A stretch of 64,000 bases of DNA from Octopus vulgaris (Eukaryota), in NCBI GenBank assembly GCA_951406725.2, contig OX597833.1, positions 59,024,001-59,088,000 on the forward strand, written 5' to 3'. The notes below the pieces were generated by a model. The model was not told where the DNA came from and ran no database searches. It saw only the letters and a list, made by a program, of their open reading frames with translations. The position numbers and the translations under genes were made by a program. Below are positions 38,839 through 52,429 of this stretch, piece after piece (position 1 is the first letter of the stretch; each line of letters starts with the position of its first letter).

Positions 38839-38929
38839 AACGAGGAGAGAAAATAAAGAATGTGTAGTGGCTAGCGATCTATCATGGCGAAAGAAACAAG
38901 AGAGAATATATATATACATATAACACCAT

Positions 38930-40400
38930 AGGAAACAGTAGTATTGATATTGTCTTTGCTAAGAGAACTCTGCTCGTAAGAGAACTCTGTTGATTCGTTC
39001 AGTGTTGATATGGAGACGTTCGGCAGCGTTGATAAATGTGATTTCATTAGTCTGTATATCCTAGATGCACTTTAAAATGAATTTACTACTACTACATACA
39101 TTAATCTATAACAATACGAAAGGTTGGACAGCCGGAAAATGTAATCAATACCTTTGATAATTTTGACCTGAAAAATAACCACTAATTTGAACTCCGTAAA
39201 TTTCTGGGATGTTACCTTCAACCTTGCAACAGATCAATACAAATCATATAACAAACTAAATAAAAACTTACATAAACACAGAATCCTATCATCCGTTCAT
39301 AGATTTCAAAAAGTTAATCAATAACATCGGTGAATTATCTGTAATCTGTCGTCCAATAAGGAAATCTTCGACATAGCTGGCCTTACTATAACAAAGTATT
39401 AGATACAAAGATAAGCTGAAATGCATTCCTGATCTCCTGCCATACACTAAAGACAGCGTAGAATTATCTGGTTCGCGCTTTCTTCCTCTTCGAAAGTTAA
39501 ATGTAACAGCACGAAGTTCCGTAGCCTTAACAAATGTCTTCATTGATCATCGATGCAGGAAATTATTCAAAAGAAACAAATCGAGCTGGATTTCAATTAA
39601 CAGTGCTGGCATCTGCCTCATCTATAAGCAGAGGCCAGCTCCATCACACCAGATATTGTATACAATTACTATGTTAGTACGATGGAAAATAAAGTCCAAG
39701 AAACATATTTCAAGAATGCTTCTCGTGAAAATAAAGAGTTAGAAATTTAACTAAACTGATTATATTTAAACGCTAAAGAGCACAGTCCTGATTTCGATAA
39801 AAGTTAAACACTCGAAACGTGTAAACTACACAGTCATTGAACTAATACATGTAATGTGTAGAGTTCAGAAGCACTTCATACTAATGAACACCAATAAATC
39901 TGCTGGCTGTATTAATTTCAGATCAGAGATCTTGAATAAATGTCGCCATTTTCATAAATACTCTCTATGTCCTGGAAAATTAATTATACCATAACCTGAC
40001 TGAATGACTCAACATGCAATCATTTTCTAATAACACTTGTAAACTCACTTTTTCTTTTTCAATACGTCTGCTGCTATAAATTAAATCTCTAACTCTGTAT
40101 TTTTATATCGTCTAAACGATATGTTCTTTATGTCATTAACCTTTTATCAAAAACTAAACCTTTTAGCATAACACACACACATACACACGCACACGCAATC
40201 TCTCTCTCTCTCTCTCTTTCTATCCATAGATCAGGTTTACAGGGTTATCTCCAAGTACCTAAGCTCACATCACCAAATTCTCCCAAACCTGTTTTCTTCC
40301 TTGAAGAATCTATGAAGTGAGAAACTCCGTCGACGCATGAACAATTGGACTCAACAAAAAATTATTCAGTAGTTTTATATTAAGAACTAATTTCTTTCAG
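38930..40400 (+). mobile_element. Decayed Penelope-like element (RT plus GIY-YIG region)
   Basis: Ordered fragments IDIVFAKRTLL, FSVDMETFGSVDKCDFISLYILDAL, TNLNSVNFWDVTFNLATDQYKSYNK, YINTESYHP, RQRRIIWF and EILNKCRH match PLE motifs (MGSxDGAEICELVGLYIL, FLDVTFNL, SNHP, RxIIWFNPP, KCRH). Confidence 0.75.
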
Positions 40401-40479
40401 GTATCTTTTATAAAACAAACACCCATTTTTATATTTAACAATATTTTATTTTTATTTCTCATATCTGTTATCGGCAAAG

Positions 40480-40546
<67 letters not shown>

Positions 40547-40549
40547 GCC

Positions 40550-40780
40550 AGCGGCGAGCTGGCAGGAACGTTAGCACGCCGGGCGAAATGCGTAGCCGTA
40601 TTTCGTCTGCCGTTACGCTCTGAGTTCAAATTCCGCCGAGGTCGACTTTGCCTTTCATCCTTTCAGGGTCGATAAATTAAGTACCAGTTACGCACTGGGG
40701 TCGATGTAATCGACTTAATCCGCTTGTCTGTCCTTGTTTGTTCCCTCTATGTTTGGCCTCTTGTGAGTAATAAAGAAACA
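40550..40780 (+). mobile_element. SINE family A, full length
   Basis: gcggcgagctggcaggaacgttagc...gagttcaaattccgccgagg...taataaagaaa. Confidence 0.88.
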
Positions 40781-41298
40781 TATATATATATTATGTGCGT
40801 ATAAAAATTATACACGGAGCGAAAATCCACCAAGTAGTTTTCCAACACGCTAGAAATAGGAGTTAAACCCCAAACCACGAAAATACTAATTCTTCTTTTA
40901 ACACGTTGAATGTAAGAAGGCAGGACAATTTGAGAGAATTCAAACATGATTAGTCATTCCTGTACTTCGAAGTTTCGCCCTAAACGATTAAATACACTAA
41001 TGAATTAATCAGTCAATCAATGCATTGAACCATATAGGGCTCTTTAGCAAGAATTGCTATGGGCGTGTAACTATAAAACTCAGTACACACTGCATCAGAC
41101 AGGATACGCCGCATATTGGGTTTACATCTTTATATATTGAGGAATTCAATTCAAATGTCCCACGAACACACCAGCATCGGTTGTCAAGCGATGTTGGGAG
41201 GACAAACGCAGACACACAAACATATACACACACATACATATATGTATACATATAAATGAAAGAAAGGAGTTGAACGACGAATTAACAAAATTCCTTTA

Positions 41299-41381
41299 TT
41301 TTCGACATATGTTTCGAAGGCTGCATATTCCTAATTTCGAAGGAATAAGGGGTGCATTATACCGCCTTCTCATCGGGAAAA
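41299..41381 (-). ncRNA. Type I hammerhead motif with U4C core change
   Basis: TTTTC-CCGATGA-GAAGGC[...]GCCTTC-GAA-AC atat GT-C-GAAAA. Stems I, II and III pair perfectly. Confidence 0.65.
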
Positions 41382-41634
41382 ACAAGGAACTTATGTCAGC
41401 ATCAAGATGCACAAAAACTTTTAGATGACTGCCCACACGGAGCCCTTTCTTTCATTTATTTGTATTTAAAAAAAAACACACAAATTTCCACACGAAAGCA
41501 CGTGATCTCTGCCCTAGGCATGTAGCTTCAACCGTGTTTTTCTGACGTGAATTTGCTACCCAGGTATCGGTTAACCGAATTATCCATAATAAGATAATTC
41601 ATTCAACTACTCAAATATATATATACATTTATAT

Positions 41635-42010
41635 GACGGGCTTCTTTCAGTTTCCGTCTACCAAATCTACTCACAAGTATTTGGTCTGCCCGAGGCTTTA
41701 GTAGAAGACACTTGCTCAAAGTGCCACGCAGTGGGACTGAACCCTGAATCGTGTGGTTGTTAAGCAAGCTACTTACCACACAGCCACTCCTGCGACTGTA
41801 TATATATGTATATGTATATATTCTGAAGTGATGTATATTGTTATCATATAGGCGCAAGAGAGGCTGTGTGGTAAGTAGCTTGCTTACTAACCACATGGTT
41901 CCGGTTTCAATCCCACTACGTGGCACCTTGAGCAAGTGTCCTCTAAAATAGCCTCGGGCCAACCAAAGCCTTGTGAGTGGATTTGGTAGACGGAAACTGA
42001 AAGAAGCCCG

Positions 42011-42057
<47 letters not shown>

Positions 42058-42123
42058 TATATATATAAAGTTAATCGAAACAAGAAAGCACAACAAAACA
42101 CAACAATGCGAGGACGTGGAACA

Positions 42124-42167
<44 letters not shown>

Positions 42168-42375
42168 TATATATATGTTTGTGTGCCTGTGTTTTTTCCT
42201 CACCATCGTTTGACAACAGATGTTGGTGTGTTTATGTCCCCGTAACTTAGCGGTTCGGCAAAAGAGAGTGATAAAATAAGTAATAGGCTTACAAAGTCCT
42301 AGGGTAGATTTGTTCAACTTAAGGCGATGATCCAGCATGGCCGCAATCAAGTGACTGAAACAAAGAAAAGAATTA
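41635..42375. mobile_element. Divergently oriented family B SINEs (minus head 41635-41795; plus full copy 41850-42375)
   Basis: Family B head, CORE-like and tail motifs in both orientations. Confidence 0.8.
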
Positions 42376-42394
42376 AAGCATATATATATATATA

Positions 42395-42925
42395 TACGAG
42401 CAAAACGCCCCCCGTCCAATGGACGGTGCTGAGTTGTCAAACATTTAAACCAAATTTTCTCAAAACAACTTGTCCGACCGTCCCATAGGCCTCCCCTTTG
42501 AGAAACACTGATTTAACCTAAATTTGAGACACCAGCAAAAGAAGAAATAAAAATAGACTTTTTTTCTATTCCAAAGGAAAACGATTTTATTCACACAAAT
42601 ATGCAACCGAAGAGTTTAAAGTACCAGTAATGATAAGGCTGTTGACTGGGAGAACACAAACATGGTTTAAAGAGTAAGCTTGGCAGGAAAGAAACGTGCC
42701 TTTAAGCAGTACAAAAACAACAAAAAATGGAAGGTGCAGTTATGTACAGGTTGACGGAAGAAAAACAGGACAAAAACGGCTTTATCGATCGCATTCTCAC
42801 CTAGAATCGATTTTTGTAATTTTTTCAAGACTTATACACGCCCTGATACCGTCGGTATCTACATATCAAATTTGAGCGCTATCGGATGGAGGATGCCCGA
42901 GATCCTAGAAGACGCACACACGATA
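42395..42925 (-). mobile_element. Non-autonomous Helitron-like element; second copy at 58295-58655 (+)
   Basis: Two high-identity copies in opposite orientation. The 3' end has hairpin ccgtcc-att-ggacgg followed by ...gctcgt. The 58.3-kb copy has (CTGT)n near its 5' end and lacks an internal segment. Confidence 0.55.
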
Positions 42926-43883
42926 AACATATATGAAGTGATGTATATTGTTATCATAGCGGACGTTGCTTTATATAATACTCTATTGCTGCATATGGCA
43001 TTATCAATGTGTGTTTATATGAACGTAGAGACAGATAATGCGCCGAGGACAGATAGTGAATGAGTAATAGCGAGAGAGAGAGAGGGGGGGGAGAGAGAGA
43101 GAGAGATAGTGAATGAGTGAGAGAGAGAGAAAGAGAGAAAGGGGGAGAGAGAGATGTATAAAATAAGTAGGGAACAAACAAACAGATAAAGAGAAATGTA
43201 CTGGATAATGGAATTTTAAATTCATTGTATCTGAATAAATGACGAGATGGTCACGGCCGGAATGCTTTTGATCATAGAAATCTAAATCAGAGTTTATCTG
43301 GGATTAATCCACATGAACAACAACAACAACGACAAAAATAACGATAGTACATAACCAACATCTTACACGTTATTAAATTCCTATCTCAAAAGATTGTAAA
43401 TCGTTCAAACCAAAAATAGATTCCCCCCTCTCTTCCCACGCCGCACATTTCTATAAAAGGATTAACTTCGAGTCTAAATTCTAACGATACTCCACTCACC
43501 GTTTTAATTTCCTGCTCCTCTTCACACAATCATACCATTTGAAACGTGAATATTATCGAAATAATACCAGCTGCTTTTGTGGTTTCACTTTCGCTTTTCC
43601 TTCTTTAATATATCATAAAAATTTAAAGACTTTAAAGTTTCCTGGTTCTTCTCTTCCACACCTTGTGACGTTCTTCTTATTAATCATGTCTCGTTAGCGA
43701 CTTCTATCGAAGAAGTGAAATCGATGTTTTGATTTTTTTTTTCTGTTTGTTTCTTCTTTGTTTTTGTTTTTTTGTTTTTTTAGTTTTAATTAACAGGAAC
43801 CGGAAGTTCCGTACTTTATCAACTCGGCCATTTTCCTTCATCTCGTCCTCAAATAAATGCTGCTGCTGCTGCTACTACTACTG

Positions 43884-43939
<56 letters not shown>

Positions 43940-44034
43940 GCTACTGCTGCTGCTGCTGCTGCTATTTTTCCTCCTCCTCCTCCTACTACTACTACTACTA
44001 ATAATAATAATAATGATGATGATGATGATGATTT

Positions 44035-44855
44035 CAAATTTTGGCACAAAGTCAGTAATTTTGGTGGGAGGGAGGAAATAAATCGATTACATCGACTCCA
44101 GTACTCGGCTGGTACTTAGCTTATCGACCTCCGAAAGGATGAAAGGTAAAGTCTACCCCAGCAGCATTTGAACTCACAACGTGAAGACGGACGAAATGCC
44201 GCTAAGCACTTGGCCAACCTTGCTAACGATTCTGTCTCAGGCTCGCCGCCTAACGTTCATTTACATTGATTGCAAATGTTGGCACAATGCCAGCAATTTT
44301 GGTGGAGCGGGGTAAGTTGATTACATCGACCCCCCAATGGTCAACTGGTACTTATTTTATCGACCACAAAAAAAAAAATGAAAGGTAAAGTCGACTTCGG
44401 CGGAATTTGAATTCTGAACATAAAGAAAGACGAAATACCTATTTCTTTACTACCCACAAGGGGCTAAACACATAGGGGACAAACAAGGACTGACAAACGG
44501 ATTAAGTTGATTACATCGACCCCAGTGCGTAACTGGTACTTAATTTATCGACCCCGAAAGGATGCAAGGTAAAGTCGACCTCGGCGGAATTTGAACTCAG
44601 AACGTAACGGCAGACGAAATACCTATTTCTTTACTACCCACAAGGGGCTAAACATAGAGGGGACGAACAAAGACAGACAAACGGATTAAGTCGATTACAT
44701 CGAACCCAGTGCGTAACTGGTACTTCATTTATCGACCCCGAAAGGATGCAAGGCAAAGTCGACCTCGGCGGAACTTGAACTCAGAACGCAACGGCAGACA
44801 AAATACGGCTACGCATTTCACCCGGCGTGCTAACGTTCCTGCCAGCTCGCCGCCA
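44035..44855 (-). mobile_element. Family A SINE cluster: one monomer plus a trimer
   Basis: Junction gaaatacctatttctttactacccac at about 44432 and 44617. Confidence 0.85.
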
Positions 44856-45069
44856 GTAGTAGGAGTGACTATGTGGTAAGTAGCTTGCGTACGAACCACA
44901 TCGTTACGGGTTCTAGTTCAATATCTAAACAGTTATATACATGCTGCTGTAATTAATTTAGACATTGCATTAAAAGACATTTTTTCAATATCTCCAATTA
45001 ACCAAATGCTGGCAATGCATATAGGGTTTTCAATTAAATTTGATTACATTTTGAATGCCCATAACTCGG

Positions 45070-45495
45070 AAAATTTTGCATTTTTCCAGTTAAACTTTTT
45101 CGATGATGGTAGATAAATTTTCGATTCCAGAACGTATTTAATAAGAGCATCTTAATCCTGCTTTTTCTATGTCGGATGCTCTAGAGTTGGAAATCCGGAA
45201 AATTTATTCATCTATGCACCCAACGGCAAAACCAAAAACATCGTGTATCACGAAGCCCTGCAAGACTGAAGTTTTGGAACAAAGATTCCTCTCCCTCTGA
45301 CAACCTCCCTCGCCAACTTCCGACAATCTCTCCCTCTTCCGGCTGACACTTTTTTGTACTTTTAGCGGTGGAAAATATACCTTTTGTATCAGTTTTAACG
45401 AAATTGCTTTTTTATATAAGAATAATAAGGCATTTAAATAAAGCGTTTAAATAGAGCATCTTTACCCCCCGAAAATTACCGGGTACACCAGTTAG

Positions 45496-45496
<1 letters not shown>
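45070..45496 (+). mobile_element. Helitron 3' remnant (PIF1-like helicase C-terminus plus 3' hairpin end)
   Basis: FPVKLFSMMVDK (about FPVRLAFAMTINK) and FYVGCSRVGNPENLFIYAPNGKTKNIVYHEALQD* (45165-45269). 3' end taccc...cgggtac accag TTAGT (about CTAGT). Confidence 0.8.
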
Positions 45497-45563
<67 letters not shown>

Positions 45564-45725
45564 GCGGTCCTCTTTTCTATATTGCCCAAGATGCTGTGCT
45601 CTGGGACTGAAATCAAGATCACATCACCGATCGATTTAGATCGAACTATATTTCGGTTCAATGAACATGTGGTTAGGTAGGAAGTAGGCCCCTACCTACA
45701 GAGCGAAAGATATATGTGTCTAATA

Positions 45726-45789
<64 letters not shown>

Positions 45790-45794
45790 GTAGG

Positions 45795-45850
<56 letters not shown>

Positions 45851-45874
45851 AAGGTAGGTAGGTAGGTAGGTAGG

Positions 45875-45933
<59 letters not shown>

Positions 45934-45954
45934 GTGGATAGATAGGTGGATAGG

Positions 45955-46001
<47 letters not shown>

Positions 46002-46194
46002 GTAGATACATTTGTGCATATACACTAACGGACTTAGACCAATACACACTTTTATGTATCTAGCTGTTTGTATAACATCTCAATCTGTGTAACTTTGTCT
46101 ATACGGGTGTATATGTATGCACACACATTTATATGCATATATATATATATACATATATGCATATACATACATATATATATATATACATGCATAC

Positions 46195-46255
<61 letters not shown>

Positions 46256-47005
46256 TATAAACAGACGTACACACGTAAGCACCGGCCGACTAATAAATAA
46301 ACTTACATCACATATTTCCTAATCTGCCAATTTTTGCTTTCTTTAATCTGGATTTTTTATTATTTTTCTTTATACTTCTTGTTTTATCTTTTGTTTTGAT
46401 TTGTTTCTTTTTTTTATCTATTTTTTTTTTATCTATTTTTTTCTACCTTTACGTTTTTTTTTTCTCGAAGCCGGTGATTAAATGTGATATGGAACCAATG
46501 AATTCAACAGACAACCAATTCCACTCCTTCTCTCTCCCTTCCCTTCCCTCCCCTTCTCTCTCTCTCTATCTCTCTCTGTCTCTCTCTGTCTCTCTACCTC
46601 CCTCCCTTCGTCCTTCCCACCACCGTCTCCCATCATTACCAAACAAGCAGCCGACACATTGTGACCTAGAATACTTTTTTTCTACCGCTAATTGTAAATG
46701 ACAATCAATACTATGAGCAACTGACTCGCTTTGTCTTCTCCATCGACATGCAACACCCCCCCCCCCACACACACACACACACCAACACCACCACCAACCA
46801 ACCACCCATCTCCTTACTATTGATGCTGTGTAACCATTTAGAGAAACATGTCATAGGTTCGAGACAAAGTAGGGTAAAGATGATTTTTCAACGAACTCCA
46901 CTTACCGCCATGTTGTTTTACTGGGTTTTTATTTTTATTTTTGTGCATCCGCGTGTGTTTTTGTTTCCTTCATTTATTTGATCGAAGTTCCATTCTATTT
47001 CATGC

Positions 47006-47074
<69 letters not shown>

Positions 47075-47639
47075 TGTTGTTGTTGTTGTTGCTGTTGTTG
47101 TTGCTGTTGATGACGGCTTGGTATTGTTTGTAGCTTGAAGCTGTTATTCGTGGGAAGAAGCTTCGTTATAAACTGCGGCTCAGGGTCCTACAAAATCTTT
47201 AAACTCGCGTCTATTTTTATTTGGTGATTAGAGGGATATTCCGTCGTGTTCTCTCCTCTTCTTTCTCTCTTTCTATCTCTCTCTCTCTGTCTGTCTGTCT
47301 GTCTCTCTCTTTCACACACACACACACACACAGACACACACACACACACACACACAATAAATATAATTGGTTTCCATTTGAAAGAAGACATGAGTATTTG
47401 ATATACAACCGCCACCGCCACCAACGCTGCTAGGTTTTTCACTTCTCCTTAGCGTTCTTGTTTTAGAACGTAAAAAAAATAAAGACTGGATGTCGGGGGT
47501 TTTCCTTGTATCACTTATAATCAACAAGCTCCCTCGATACATTTCCAGTGAAACTACAATTAGTTAGTCTTCGCCCTCGTACAACAGAAGACGATGTGGT
47601 GGTCGTGCTGCAACCGCTGCTGCTGCTGCTGGCTACAGC

Positions 47640-48054
47640 CACATGCATACATAGATACATGCATACATGCATACATACATACATACATACATACATACAT
47701 ACATACATACATACATACATACATACATACATACACACATACATACTTGCGTACAAACATACATACATACATACATTCATACATACATACATACATACAT
47801 ACATGCATACATACATACATACATACATACATACAAACACACTTTCGTACAAACATACATACATACATACATACATACATACACACACACTTGCGTACAA
47901 ACATACATACATACATACATACACACTTGCGTACAAACATACATACATACATACATACATACATACATACATACATACATACATACGTACGTACGTACGT
48001 ACGTACATACATATATACATACATACATATACATACATACGTATATATATATAC

Positions 48055-48097
<43 letters not shown>

Positions 48098-48270
48098 CAT
48101 ACATACATATACATACATACATACATACATATATATATACATACATACATATATATACATACATACATGCGTACATACATACATACATACATACATACAT
48201 GCATACACATACATACATACATACATACATACATACATACATACATACATACATACATACATACATACAT
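47640..48270. repeat. (CATA)n microsatellite with periodic ttgcgtacaaa interruptions
   Basis: Direct reading of the sequence. Confidence 0.9.
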
Positions 48271-48489
48271 AAACACTGCCTAAATACATACCAGCAATTA
48301 GCATTCGCGCGGCCAATTCGTTACGTGAAACACTGTACTAGTCAAAACCATTTTCATTGAACATGATAAAATATTAGAATACAGTGACCTATATGGATAT
48401 ATATATATATATATATACTGGTGTGTCTTGGGAGGGTCGTTATGCCAATAATAATAACATACACACTGGTTCAATATCACTTCTTTATT

Positions 48490-48731
48490 GTTACTCTTTT
48501 ACTCTTCTCTCTTTTACTTGTTTCAATCATTTGAATGTGGCCATGCTAGAGCACCGTCTTTAGTCGAGCAAATCGACCCCAGGACTTATTCTTTGTAACT
48601 AGTACTTATTCTATCGTTCTCTTTTGCCGAACCGCTAACTTACGGGGACGTAATCACACCAACATCGGTTGTCAAGCGATGGTTGGGGGACAAACAAACA
48701 CTCACATACATACACACACATACACACACAA

Positions 48732-48793
<62 letters not shown>

Positions 48794-48950
48794 GACGAGC
48801 TTCTTTGAGTTTCCGTCTACCAAATCCACTCACAAGGCTTTGGTCGACCCGAGGCTATAGTAGAAGACACTTGCCCAAGGTGCCACGCAGTGGGACTGAA
48901 TCCGAAACCATATGGTTGGTAAGCAAGCTACTTACCACACAGCCATTCCT
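48490..48950 (-). mobile_element. SINE family B, full length
   Basis: Reverse complement of head, CORE-like segment, internal (TA)n and tail. Confidence 0.85.
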
Positions 48951-49705
48951 TTATGGGAAATTAAATGTCATGTTTTATTGTACACAATATATATTTTTAC
49001 AAATTTATTTGTTTGAAAAAATATTTAACTGGGGTCAGTTAAACTGTATTTTATATTTTTCTCCCCCTCCCCCACCCCAACCACCACCACGTTCCTGCTT
49101 GTGACAGCAAAGGTCTTTATCCAAGTTTTACCAAACTTGCTTCGTTCGATGTTCGAGTCAATCTCTATTATTGATTATTGTTTGAACTTTCTAAAATTCT
49201 TTAAACATCAAATTCTTTCACAGCTATTTCTTTCACGCTGTTCATTTTCATTGTCTTCTTGGTTGTCTGGTTCCTTCTATGCTCACCGTTGATCCAAATT
49301 AAAAGAGTTGTAATTAATTGAAGTAAATAATAAAAAATCGCTATCGTCTGCTTCATCGAAACCAAGTTCTCTACTAAAATTTCTTCCAAAATTTCTTCTT
49401 GCTCAGGAAAAAAAAATCTTAGAAACAATTACGTAATCCGGTAAAGTTTTTCTAGATAGTTCTCATCTTGCTGCTGTCCTATGTTTCAGGAATATTTTAA
49501 AGGCATTTTTAGATTTATAAAAAAAAAAAATTTCCCAAATTCTATCAATAATCTCTTCTCCCAGGGTTACATCAATTACTTGTACAAAAGTTCTTAATGA
49601 ATAAATCTTAAATGTAGCAAATTACTCTTTACACCAGAGACACGGCCTATCCGGTAATAGTAATAAAAGAATATAACTTTCACACTTTATCTCAGGTTAC
49701 TAAGT

Positions 49706-50041
49706 TAGGAGCACTCCGTCGGTTACGACGACGATTGTCCCAGCTGATACGATCAACGGAACAGCTTGCTCGTGAAATTAACGTGCAAGTGGCTGAGCAC
49801 TCCACAGACACGTGTACCCCTAACGTATTTCTCAGGGAGATTCAGCGTGACACAGAGTGTGACAAGGCCGGCCCTTTGAAATACAGGTACAACTCATTTT
49901 TGCCAGCCGAGTGGACTGGAGCAACGTGAAATAAAGTGTCTTGCTCAAGGACACAATGCGTTGCTGGGAATTGAACTTACAATTACGTCGCCTTACAATC
50001 ACGAGCCGAATGCCCTAACCACTAAGCCACGCGCCTTCACA
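49706..50041 (-). mobile_element. SINE family D head with tail X, 10-bp TSD
   Basis: TSD gttactaagt at 49696 and 50042. Head matches the 28456-28720 copy; tail matches 24440-24555. Confidence 0.85.
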
Positions 50042-50629
50042 GTTACTAAGTACAGTCGGTTGACCATGGTTATTGTTAAAAGTTCATAAAACCTTTGGAG
50101 ACGGTTCGTGTTACGGCCTGGCAAAACCACTCGTAAACTTGTGTTTTGCTCATGGCAGCTCTCTAGTAAGCTGTTTGAAGCGTAACAGCTGTTTCGGCCG
50201 CAGTTTTTCCCAGCAGAAAACAGAAGCACATTGTTCCTTCGTTTCAGCCATTGCAAAAATCGACGAACGAGTGAGAAGCATCGCAAAACAAAGACACACC
50301 ACTTGACAGGCTGACTCGACTCAACGACACCGGTCGGCTGATTCATGCCTGAGGATCGCATCAAGTGGCTTCTAGCGGCAGAAGTTTGAACGACAAAGGC
50401 CTTTCTCACAGAGAATGTTTCCGTTTACTTTTGGGTACCTCCACGTACGTTTAAGTCCAATCTTCAAAATCTGCTTTTATTGCGCAATTTTCTTTTGTTA
50501 CAACACAAAAATTCTAGTTAAGATTGTTGGTTATGGCCCCAAAGTTGCCAGTGGCTCGTAGACAGGTTCAATTTAATCAACTGGAACTGCACTTCCCTTA
50601 AAACTGATTTTATCAACAGAACCCCATAC

Positions 50630-50863
50630 CTATTTCTTTACTACTCACAAGGGGCTAAACACAGAGAGGACAAGCAAGAACAGACAAACAGATTAAGTTG
50701 ATTATATCGACCTCAGTGCGTAATTGGTACTTAATTTATCGACCCCGAAAGGGATGAAAGGCAACGTCGACCTCGGCAGAATTTGAACTCAGAACGTAAC
50801 GGCAGTCGAAATACCGCTAAGCATTTCACCCGGCGTGCTAACGATTCTGCCAGCTCACCGCTT
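50630..50863 (-). mobile_element. SINE family A with ~22-bp TSD
   Basis: tttatca(a/t)cagaaccccatacc on both sides. Confidence 0.88.
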
Positions 50864-50899
50864 TCATTTATCATCAGAACCCCATACCACTAACCAACT

Positions 50900-52330
50900 C
50901 TACTGAGAACAATCAGAAAGAATCTTCCGTTACCATCACTTCTAGCTTTAGGCACAGAATTTTTAGAAAGTTCCTTTGGATTATTGAATCTTTTCTGGAT
51001 GACCGCAGCTCTAAATTTACCTTAGATAATCATCACTTATCTCCTTACTCCAGCTCTTCTGCTGTTCCTCAAAGTTTTATTCGTGGTCCGGTTTATTATG
51101 TTATTTTGTTTTTGTTTTTGTTTTTCTTTAATTAATGTCGTGTTTAACCGTATCAGCTCTACCGATAATAGTCCTTTGTTTTCTTGCTTGAACGAACGTT
51201 TGACTTCGCGGAGGTCGGGTAGAAATATACCATTTTCTTCAGTCACCGATACTCAAGCGAATGGTACATTTCTTTCAAATGTTTGCAAAGGCTAGATAAG
51301 CATCTCCAACTAGCAGGCCACGCTACTCCAGACTGATGACGAGCAAGGACTCAGAAACTAGTCTCTGGGCGCAGGCTTAGCTGGATGGAGGTGCTTATCT
51401 CCCCCTTGCAAACTTAAGGACACAGGAACTGTGTCAAGGCCGACAGAAAGCGTTGCTGCTTCCTAGGGCTAAATAGCAGTAGTATGATTACCTTCATGGG
51501 ACTGCCACATTAAGTTGACAGTATACAACTACTTTATTTGTAAGAACTATTTTCCATTTATCGTTACAGAATCTCTAATAATATTCTTATATCTGTATCT
51601 GATACTGTTTTGAGTCTTTGTCTTTTAGTTTTAACTTCTTGGAACATTTATATCAAATCTATTGCTAAACCATCTGCTATTTCTTGTTCGGCATTTCCTC
51701 CTCTCCACCCCCAAAATGCATTCGTCATCTTACATGTTTTAACTCGAGTTACTAAGTACAGTCCGATGACCATAGAGATTCTTTAATATCTATAAAGATC
51801 GTTCGTTTTATGGCCGAGCAAAAAAATAAAACTAAGTTGAAATCCAATCTTTAAAACGCGTTTTTATTACCCAGTTTTCTAGAAATAACACTAAAATACT
51901 AATGAAAACTAGCATGGAATACAGTCGTCATATTTGGTCTGGTGACTTTACTGATGTTCCTTCTGTCTTTGATCGACTTCAACCCCCACCACACACACAT
52001 ATCTATAACTGACATTGTTCGCTCTGTTTTGGCAGTTATACTTCAACTTTTGTTCATTGTTAAGACATTATTTTATTATCATCTCTATTCTCTATAAATA
52101 CTTCCACGGTCGTAATTCTTCTCTTCTTCCTCCTCTTCACTTTACTGATTGACTCGTCATTCATCTTATCCTCACCCCACCACCACTGCTGTTGTTGTCT
52201 TCTCCTCTCGTTACAAGTGTTTCTACTCCAGTGGTTTCTTTCTTCAAATATTTCGCTTTACGGAATTCTTTTGTTCTTGTTTTCCTGATTGATTATAAAC
52301 TTAATTCATTAAAGTCTTTACTTGATCGCT
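50900..52330 (+). mobile_element. Heavily decayed CR1/Jockey-type LINE RT and C-terminal remnant, interrupted by other inserts
   Basis: Fragments LWIIESFLDDRS (about 50965), SWNIYIKSIAK (about 51640), MEYSRHIWSG (about 51915) and LYKYFHGR (about 52090) occur in the expected order. Confidence 0.55.
51328..51368 (+). ncRNA. Type I minimal hammerhead ribozyme with intact core, at the tip of a long hairpin (51281-51413)
   Basis: CCAGA-CTGATGA-c GAG caagga CTC a-GAA-AC ta GT-C-TCTGG. GUC cleavage triplet; palindromic stem III ACTAGT. Confidence 0.75.
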
Positions 52331-52429
52331 TTACAGTTTTTAGGACAACTTCTTGTTATATATGTCAGTAGATGCGCAAAGCAATAACATAAGAGTAAAC
52401 AAAATTATAACCAGTTCAAATATGTTTGA

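Noticed and set aside
40295-40340. Hammerhead at the 3' end of the PLE remnant (ttgaaga...gaaac)
   Set aside because: Core and stems are too degraded to support a call.
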